This document shows positions 53,100 to 64,000 of a DNA stretch of 64,000 bases, piece by piece. The translations under genes and the position numbers were made by a program. The notes beneath the pieces were generated by a model. That model did no database searches. It had not been told where the DNA came from and was given only the letters and a program-made list of their open reading frames with translations. Source of the DNA: Eledone cirrhosa. Lineage: Eukaryota. How positions within the stretch are numbered: position 1 is the first letter of the stretch; every line of letters begins with the position of its first letter. The stretch spans positions 12,586,001-12,650,000 of the forward strand of contig OZ024763.1 in assembly GCA_964016885.1 (NCBI GenBank), given 5' to 3'.

Positions 53100-54208
53100 G
53101 GCTACGACCAGCCACACGAGACTCTAACATATCCTGAACAAGCAATGCCTGTGCTTTGAAGGTTTTTCAAGTGGAGAAAGGCCTTGCACTCGACCAATCC
53201 CACTCTCTGAGCATCGAAAATACTACCCGAAAAGGAGAACTGGTCAACATCATCGGATGTTTCTGAAGCCGCAGGTTTTTTTTTTCAGAGTTTCCCTCTC
53301 CTAGAAAGGGGTTGTGACAACAACTGGGGTCCTTTCACTCCCAGGTGAAATACTATTTGGATGGTCATTGGCTCTGCTGACTTCCTCCACCCTTTGCTGG
53401 GTCTTTTACTTCATCCCGCAGGATGTCCAAATATCACACTCCTCACAAAACCACACACACACACACACACATACATGATGGCTGCAACTCGATTTCGAGT
53501 AATGCCATCGCTTGATACTTAATCAAGAGCATCACTGATGTGAATTTTTATTCCCGGTAGGGACTTGCCTGTGGCCAGCAATACCACACATCACAAACAA
53601 TGTCACATATCAAGCGATACCTGAGCTTGAAGCTTTTTTTAAGTGAGGAAAGGCTTTGCACGGGGGTCAATCCCAATCTCTGAATATCGAATTCATTTGC
53701 CCCAAAAGAAACACTGGTCTACATCATTGGATGTAAACGATGTCACAGGTTTTATATAAGGGTGACCTTCTTTACTAGATGGCCGGTGACTCTCCTGAGT
53801 TCCTCCGCCCTTTGACGGGTTTTGTTTTTCATCCCCCCCAGGGTGTACAAATCACCCTCCTCACCAAGCAATCAAGCTAGAAGGGGTTGCCGGTTTAGCC
53901 GCCGCCGACCCGACCATTCACAGGTTGTATTGGGTGACATGTTACCAGTAACGCTGAAAAAACCACCTAACATACATACACACACACCCAAAACACATAC
54001 ATACGAATACATAGATTCATACATACACACACACAACACAGATACACACAAAATACATAGATATGAATACAAACACACACACACACACACACACACACGC
54101 ACGCACATACCTACACACACACACACACACACATACATACATACCTACCTACCTACCTACCTACACACACACACACCTACATACCTACACACACGCACAT
54201 ACATACCT

Positions 54209-54239
<31 letters not shown>

Positions 54240-54617
54240 CCTACCTACATACCTACATACATACATACATACATACATACATACATAGATTCAGATAAAT
54301 AAACAAAACTGTATAAGTATACACAAACATCAAAGGGAACACTAAGCACGACTGAATTATTCAAGTATTTTCTTGTTACGAATAACCAATATGGCCACCC
54401 CTCCTACATCACCGCCATCATTACACTATGGCCATATATATACTTATATACACTATGGCCATATATATACTTATATACATTATATATATATACACACACA
54501 AATACAAATAATATATATATATATATATATGTATGTTTAGATATTTTTATATACATTATATATATATATGCAAACAAATAAAATATATCTATATACATAT
54601 ATATATGTTATATACAT

Positions 54618-54651
<34 letters not shown>

Positions 54652-55374
54652 AATAAAATATATCTATATATATATCTATAATATATCTATATATATATCT
54701 ATATCCGATGGAATTACTTCATTTATACATTATATATATATATATATATATATATACAAACAAATAAAATATAGCTATATACATATATATATATTGTTTA
54801 TATACATTATATATATATATATATACGCACAAATAAAATATAGCTATATACATATATATATGTTTATACACGTTATATATATATATATATATATATACAA
54901 ACAAATAAAATATAGCTATATACATATATATATGTTTATATACGTTATATATATATTTATATATATATATACACACAAATAAAATATATCTATAAATATA
55001 TATATATATGTTTATATAAATAATATATATATATATATACAAAAATAAAAAAATATATATGTTTATATACATTATATATATATATACACACACATAAAAT
55101 AGATCTATATACATATATATATGTTTATATACATTATATATATATATACACACAAATAAAATAGATCTATATACATATATATATGTTTATATACATTATA
55201 TATATATATAACGTTGTAAGAAACAGTTTTTAAAGATCAAAGACGTTTCCTTGTGTTACTTTTTAACAACAACCACAACAACAATCACAACAACAACCAC
55301 AACCACAACAACAACGATGGTGGCAACACATCATTGAATTGACGATTTGTCGCTCATGATTTCGCTGTTCCTTC

Positions 55375-55405
<31 letters not shown>

Positions 55406-55570
55406 TTTATATATATATATGAACACACACAAATATATATATGAGCACACACATACACAAATATAAATATGTATATATGAATTCACACACAAATATATAT
55501 ATATATATATATATGTTTATATGTATATATGAACACACACACAAATATATATATATATATATATGAACAC

Positions 55571-55609
<39 letters not shown>

Positions 55610-55756
55610 TGTCTATATACATATATGTCTATATACATATATGTCTATATATATATATGTCTATATATATATATATATATATGTCTATATATATATATGT
55701 CTATATACATATATGTCTATATACATATATGTCTATATACATATATGTCTATATAC

Positions 55757-55820
<64 letters not shown>

Positions 55821-55827
55821 TTGTGTG

Positions 55828-55878
<51 letters not shown>

Positions 55879-55983
55879 AAAAATAATGAATAAAACAATG
55901 AAACAGTTCCTTATATTAAACAAAAAAAGTTCATTATTTAACGATCGGATTGGACACTACCGTAAACTCTTGGTAGATTTATC

Positions 55984-56174
<191 letters not shown>

Positions 56175-56219
56175 GTCTATATATATATATATATATATAT
56201 ATAATGTCTATATATATAA

Positions 56220-56297
<78 letters not shown>

Positions 56298-56381
56298 TTA
56301 TATATATATATAGACATTATATATATATATATATATATATATATGACATATATATATATATATATATATATCAATTGGCCC

Positions 56382-56645
56382 TGCTCTCTTCAACATCACA
56401 CCAGGACACGTCAAAACAGAAACTGACCACACAAAATTCAAGAAGTCTTTGGACAAATTCCTCCAAGTAATCCCGGACAAACCACCCACACCCGGATATG
56501 TCTCCGCAAACAGTAATTCTCTTCTCGAATGGGCCATGGTGCCCAAATCCTGAGTTGAAAGACTTCGCCAGGTGGTGCTATTAAGTTAGACATGGCCTGG
56601 GCCAATACTGGCCAAAACATTTTAAAGTTATTCAAAGTTAAGTTA
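56382..56645 (+). mobile_element. CR1-clade (Zenon-like) LINE 3' end
   Basis: IGPALFNITP..FKKSLDKFLQVIPDKPPTPGY..NSLLEW..* followed by a 3' UTR and AAGTT-type tail. Confidence 0.75.
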
Positions 56646-56647
56646 TA

Positions 56648-56687
<40 letters not shown>

Positions 56688-57054
56688 TGGTAGCTGCCAA
56701 CTCGTTTTCGAGTACGGCCACTACTTTATATCCATGTAGGAGAACCCCTACCGATGCGCTGAACAAGTGAGACTTTTTAGCCCAGCCAGCGACTTGAAAA
56801 CTCTGGTACAAACACTACACTTGTGACAATTATTGACACATAGTGCTGGGCCCATGATACCATGTGACGACAAGTGCAGAGAGATCTCCAGATATAAAGC
56901 AATACCTGTGCCGTGAAGCTTTTATAGTGAGCAAAGGCACTGCACAAAGCCAGTCCCACTCTCTTAACCAAGATGATATTTACCAAAAAGAAGAACAAGT
57001 CAACATCATTGGATACCATCAGGGTTGCAGGTGTTATATCAGAGTTTTCCTTCT

Positions 57055-57090
<36 letters not shown>

Positions 57091-57520
57091 CATATAGACA
57101 TATATATAAATATATACATATATGCGCGTGTGTGTCTGTGTATAGACAGTGAAACGCCATATTAACCTGTTTTTTTAAAGTGTATGTATTTAAAGTGACT
57201 GTAATATTTCAATGAGACGTGAAACTGACGCCTTAATCAGTAATTGCGTAGAAGCGAGAACTAATGTGTGTGTTTATTGCGCATGACAAAAAAAAATCAA
57301 ACAACAACGGAAGACAATCACGTGATAACGTGTCGATTTTGCGATAATACAGAAAGAAAATCGTGATTTTTGTCGGAAATCCCGTAATCAGAATTTCTTT
57401 CTGTTTACTTATCACTCTAAACATCAATCCATTCACCACTTGTACTAATTAATTGCTCATATTAATGACTTATAATTAATCATTGGCTCGACACTTTTAT
57501 TATTCTTTTATTATTGTTTA

Positions 57521-57551
<31 letters not shown>

Positions 57552-57658
57552 TAATGTTTAATATTTATATTTTTTTTTAATTTAAAAAAAATCTGTTCAG
57601 CTGTTGCGTTAGATATTACTGAGAGTAAACAGATGTTTACCACACAAACACACTCACT

Positions 57659-57716
<58 letters not shown>

Positions 57717-57783
57717 AACTACTGACAAAGACACTCAAACATATTCACACAAAAAAAAAGTCATGTGAAGTGAATTCCTTAAC

Positions 57784-57857
<74 letters not shown>

Positions 57858-57919
57858 AAGTTTTATTTAAATTGTTGGGTTACAACGAGTAAATATTTAT
57901 AACTGATATAAAAGCACTC

Positions 57920-57946
57920 AACAAAACACACACACACACGTATATT

Positions 57947-57978
<32 letters not shown>

Positions 57979-58013
57979 CAGGTGTATTTGTGCTTACACA
58001 CGCACACACATAC

Positions 58014-58047
<34 letters not shown>

Positions 58048-58054
58048 GTATATT

Positions 58055-58087
<33 letters not shown>

Positions 58088-58124
58088 TAGTGTGTTAGTG
58101 CAGGTGTATTTGTGGTTACACACG

Positions 58125-58169
<45 letters not shown>

Positions 58170-58176
58170 GTATATT

Positions 58177-58207
<31 letters not shown>

Positions 58208-58244
58208 TAGTGTGTTAGTGCAGGTGTATTTGTGCTTACACACG

Positions 58245-58289
<45 letters not shown>

Positions 58290-58296
58290 GTATATT

Positions 58297-58331
<35 letters not shown>

Positions 58332-58368
58332 TAGTGTGTTAGTGCAGGTGTATTTGTGCTTACACACG

Positions 58369-58421
<53 letters not shown>

Positions 58422-58428
58422 GTATATT

Positions 58429-58471
<43 letters not shown>

Positions 58472-58606
58472 GTGCAGGTGTATGTGGTTACACACGCACA
58501 CACATACATATATATATATATATACACACACACACACGTATATTTATATATATATGTATGTGTATGTGTTAGTGTGTTAGTGCAGGTGTATTTGTGGTTA
58601 CACACG

Positions 58607-58656
<50 letters not shown>

Positions 58657-58660
58657 TACA
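57920..58660. repeat. Compound minisatellite with GTTAGTGCAGGTGTATTTGTG core between (TA)/(CA)/(TG) runs
   Basis: About 6 visible units. Confidence 0.85.
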
Positions 58661-59727
58661 CACAAAGTATGCGAAAGTCACCTAATTTATTTCAACACTC
58701 TCCAGCCATTAGCCACTCACTTAATGAGATAATAAGTTAGCAATAGAGAGAGTGCAAGCCATCATAACAAAGTGCACACAATTAGCTAATTTGTAAGATG
58801 GCGGTATTTTGGTAATGATACTCCATATCAAATTCCTGGATCTCGTTTCCACGCGGCATTCTGTCTATAACAGTTATTAAAAGTGTTATATACAGAAACT
58901 TGCGTAATATCAACAGACATTACGCAATTTGAGCTGTTGTGTGTCCTCAGCAGGCTGCCCCTTTCAACATTTTTGTCTTTAAAGTGCACACACACACATA
59001 CATACACATACATACCACGAATGTCACAGCTGCAACCTGATGGCATCAAACACTGCGTCATGCCGAATCTCCCTGAGAATTACCTTGAAGGTACCCGTAT
59101 CTGAGTATTAATTTAATGAGAGGCTGTTCCGTTAAATAAACAACTGAATCACTCCTCACTGAAAGCGACGAAGGTCCATCTCTCTCTCTTCACCAACAGC
59201 ACCTCCAACACTATCACTGCACCACCACCACCATCAACACCAACGCCACCACCATCACCACCACTACCAACAATACCATTACCACCATTACCACCATTAA
59301 TAACATCACTACCACAAACAAAAACAACATCAACACCACCAACCACAACACCAACAACATCACCAACACCACCACCACCACCAACAACAACAACACCACC
59401 AACGACAACAACAACGCCATCACTGTCACCAACAACAACGTCACCACCACCACCAACAACAACACTATCACCACCAAACACACCACCAACAACCACAACA
59501 CCACCATCACCAACAACACCATCACCACCAACAATACCACCACCACCAACAACAACAACGCCATCACTGTCACCAACATCACCATCACCACCAACACCAC
59601 CATCACCACCAACAACACTAACAACAATGAAGTATTAGTTGTCTTCTCTATCAATCAGTGAGAATTGAATGAGACATGTGAGGTGTGTGTGAGTTGTGTG
59701 TGTGGCGTGGTGTGAGGGATGTGGTGT

Positions 59728-59760
<33 letters not shown>

Positions 59761-60415
59761 CGTGATGTGGTGTGTGTGATGTAGTGTGTGTGTGGCGTGT
59801 GTGATGTGGTGTGTGGTGAAGTGTGCGTGTGAGGTGTGTGTGGTGTGGTGTGATGTGAGGTGTGTGTGTGTGGTGTGGTGTGATGTGAGGTGTGTGTGTG
59901 TGTGGCTTGTGTGTGTGTGTGGCTTGTGTGTGTGGTGTGAGGTGTGTGTGTGTTGCTTGTGTGTGTGTGTGGTGTGAGGTGTGTGGTGTGTGGTGTGTGT
60001 GTGTGTATGTGGTGTGTGGTTCGTGTGTCCAGTGTGTGAGAGACTATATAAATATATAAATACATATATGATTGTGTATGTATATGTGTATATACATGTA
60101 TGTACATGTATGTATATGTGTGTGCTTGTGTATGTATATGTGTATATGCATGTATGTACATCTATGTATGTATGTATGTATGTATGCGTGTGTGTGTGTA
60201 TGTATGTGTGTTTATACGAATGTGTCTGTAAATATATGTACGTATGTATGTATGTATGTATATATGTATGTATGTGTAAGTATATATGTGTGTATATATG
60301 TATGTATGTATGTCTGAATATATGTATGTATATGTATGTATGTATGTATGTATGTGTATGTGTATGTATGTATGTGTGTGTGTATGTATGTATGTATGTA
60401 TGTATGTGTGTGTGT

Positions 60416-60471
<56 letters not shown>

Positions 60472-60729
60472 ATGTATGTACGTACGTATGTATGTATATA
60501 TGTATGTATATGTATGTATGTATGTGTAAGTATATATGTGTGTATATATGTATGTATGTACGTACGTACGTACGTATGTATGTATATATGTATGTGTATG
60601 TATGTATGTATGTGTAAGTATATATGTGTGTATGTACAGACTGGGGTTTGGGGTTTCTACGGTGTAAACGCTGCATTGCCCTGGACGTGTGTTCAACAAA
60701 GGTCACGTGAACATAATTATACTTGTATT

Positions 60730-61960
60730 GAAAACTAGATTAAATTATCAGACCCTCTCGCTTTCCCATTTTGATTGAAACAGAACACAAATTTGTGACG
60801 GCGGCCATTTTGAAGGCGCCGTTCATCTCTCTAACTCCTCCTCCCCCCTCACCGCCCGCTATCAGTCAACCATTTTAACGACACTTGATAAGTGGATGAA
60901 AGGAATTTAGAAAGAACTAGCTGGCCTTTTCTAAAAGATAATTATTTGTGGAAGGCAGTCAAGCCCTCACCACCACCCACCACCCGTGTGTCTCTCTCTC
61001 TGTCTGTCTGTCTGTCTGTCAACTAAAAATAAATGGGGCTAGGGGTTTGGAGGAGAAGGGGGAAAACGGTCTTCAATGAAAACTGAAATATCCTTTTAAG
61101 ATTAATGAATGATGAACTAAGGAAAGATAACTTTAAGATACTTGGATGTTAAATCTTACTATTCTCCGATAGATTTATTGTTGAACCCACAACGGTGGAA
61201 ACATGGGTCCTGGGTCCTCAAACTACTCCCCAGTCCTCTTAACTATGATAAGGGCCGACGATGCTCTTCCGCAAGAACAAACCCCCACTGGCTCTTTCAA
61301 CACATCACCCTCGGTATCCTCTGGGGTAACACATTGACAATTCTGTCTGACGGACCATGAGACAACATCTATCTGATGTTTTACAAATTACATGAGATGG
61401 TGGCGTTGGACCGGCTCTTTCAGCACTCCCCCCTCTCTATCCTCTGGGGGCAATACATTTCCAATTCTTTCCACGGGAGTTACCACCAGGCAACATCTAC
61501 CAAATCTTTTACAAATAGGCTTTTTAAATCTTTTTTTACACAGTTTTGTTTTATTCTGTCAGTATTACCAGTATATCGATTATTCTGGAATTGAAAATAA
61601 ATAAATAAATAAATAAAAATAAAAACTAGATTGAATTATAAAATCCCTGCTTTGCCATTTTAATTTGTCAGACGAGAACATAACAGAACTCCCATTTCTG
61701 TCGGCAGCCATTTTGAAGGCGCCGTTGTAACATCCTGCCCTACCCTAGTAATATCTGTCAGCCATTTAAACGACACTTGATAACACGATGAAAGGAATTT
61801 AGAACTGGCTGGCCTTTTCTAGATGTTAATCATTTGTGGAAGAGAGTCAACCCCATCCTTACACCCCCGTCTGTCTGTCTGTCTCTGAACTGAAAGGAGA
61901 AACGGGTGGGTGGGAGTGTATGGGGTCAAACCGGTTTCATCAATGATAACTGAAATGTTT
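60730..61960. repeat. Diverged direct duplication (60730-61110 vs 61620-61960) around CRE fragments
   Basis: Shared AAAACTAGATT, GCCATTTTGAAGGCGCCGTT, AACGACACTTGATAA and GATGAAAGGAATTTAGAA. Confidence 0.75.
61160..61490 (+). pseudogene. Two decayed CRE-type endonuclease C-terminal fragments
   Basis: TVETWVLGPQT..WLFQHITLGILWGNTLTIL and LFQHSPLSILWG. Confidence 0.55.
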
Positions 61961-62194
61961 TTTTTTAGCTTAACATTTTCCTTACTCTTTATCAAACGAA
62001 AGGCCATATGGTTTTCAAACCCCCTTTGAAAATAATCAAGAATTTTGAGGGATTTAGTAATTTAACTAATTTGCCTATTTTTACACTGGTGTTTTGAACA
62101 AAACCCAATCCTTTCGTTACGATATTTCTTATGAAAAACACTATCTTTCAAATCCTTATGAAAATAATCAAGAATTTGGAAGGATTTAGTGATA

Positions 62195-62972
62195 TAACTG
62201 TTTCTACTTTAGGCACAAGGTCAGCAATTACCAGTACATTACTGGTACTTTATTTTATTAACCCCGTAAGGATGAAAGGCAAAGTCAACCTCGGCGGGAT
62301 TTGAACTCAAACCGTAAAGGGACGTAACTATGCTGGAAAGCATGGTGTCTGACACTCTACCGATACTGCCAATCCACCGCAAACTTTATCATTATTTAAT
62401 GGTATTATTGGCAGTATCGGTAGAGGGTCGGACGCCATGCTTTCCAGCATAGTTACATCCCTTTACGATCTGAGTTCAAATCCCGCCGAGGTTGACTTTG
62501 CCTTTCATCCTTACGGGGTCGATAAAATAAAGTACCAGTAATGCACTGGGTAATTGCTGGCCTTGTGCCCAAAGTAGAAACAATTATTTAGTTGGGTTGG
62601 ATTGGCCAGGGCGGTGGACTGACTGTGTCGGTAGAGGGTCTGACGCCATGCTTTGCAGCAAAGAGTTACAGCTCTTTATGATCTGAGTTCAAATCCCACC
62701 GAGGTTAACTTTGCCTTTCATCTTTACGGAGTCGATAAAATAAAGTACCAGTAATTACACTGGGGTAATTGCTGGCCTTGTGCCAAAAGTATAATCAATT
62801 ATTTAGTTGGTGTTTGGAACATAGCTTAACAAAGTTTCTTACATAGAATTATAATTGTTTCAACTTTTGGCACAATGCCAACAATTTTGGGGGAGCGGCA
62901 AGTCAATGAAACCGACCCAGTGCATTACTGGTACTTTATTTTATCGACCCCTTAAGGATGAAAAGCAAAGCG
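62195..62972. mobile_element. Cluster of four SINEs in orientation -,+,+,-
   Basis: Copies at 62195-62380, 62405-62590, 62610-62800 and 62853-62972; CAATTATTTAGTTGG duplicated at 62581 and 62796. Confidence 0.9.
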
Positions 62973-63089
62973 AACATACATACATACACACATATATATA
63001 TATACATACACATATATATATATATATACATACAAATACATATATATACATACACATATATATACATACATACACATATATATACATAC

Positions 63090-63122
<33 letters not shown>

Positions 63123-63259
63123 CATACATATACATATATATACATACATATACATACATATACATACATACATACATACATACATATACATACATACATA
63201 CATATATATATACATATATATACATACATACACATATATATATACATACATATACATAC

Positions 63260-63293
<34 letters not shown>

Positions 63294-63583
63294 ATACATA
63301 CATACATATATATACATATATATACATACATATACATATATATACATACATATACATACATATACATATATATACATACATACACATATATATACATAGA
63401 TACATATACATATACATACATATACATATATATACATACATACACATATATATACATAGATACATATACATATATATACATACATACACATACATATATA
63501 TACATACACACATATACATATATATACATACATACACATATATACATACATAAATATACATATACACACACACACATACATAT

Positions 63584-63614
<31 letters not shown>

Positions 63615-63844
63615 TATTGAGAAAGTGAACCCCCTGTTCGATCATCCAAAACCAATAACTTATATATATATATATATATTAGGTATTAATTTAACAATGA
63701 AAATAATAACTATCAAGTTATTTTACCTATTCATATCGATGTTTTACGATCGTTTCGGAGGGCTGATGATATCGACTGATCTATAGCAGTTATATAACTG
63801 TATACTATCAGACTTCATAGATAGGTTCGATCATATCGCTGTCT

Positions 63845-63883
<39 letters not shown>

Positions 63884-64000
63884 ATATATATATATAATAT
63901 ATATATATAATATATATATATAATATATATATATAATATATATATATAATATATATATATAATATATATATAGGTAATATATATATATAATATATATATA

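Overview
Repeat-saturated eukaryotic DNA, most likely from an octopod cephalopod (inferred from recognisable SINE families and the microsatellite style; not verified). Nearly all ORFs in the track are artefacts of (TA)n, (CA)n, (GA)n and triplet repeats. Recognisable content: many copies of a tRNA-derived SINE; decayed non-LTR retrotransposon pieces (CRE-type endonuclease, RTE-type RT, CR1-type and Tx1-type C-termini); tiny TA-flanked Tc1/mariner-type MITEs; several minisatellites; and a few weak candidate minus-strand exons. The main signal is a set of short elements inserted in (TA)n tracts that carry hammerhead ribozyme (HHR) motifs. There are 8 complete canonical type I HHRs from 6 families plus truncated ones, often with fold-back (inverted) 5' ends typical of Penelope-like elements. 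A second group carries the three HHR strands in a non-circularly permuted order (UH strand, then GAAA strand, then CUGANGA strand), with helices that covary fully between copies. All structures were paired by eye; no activity is demonstrated.
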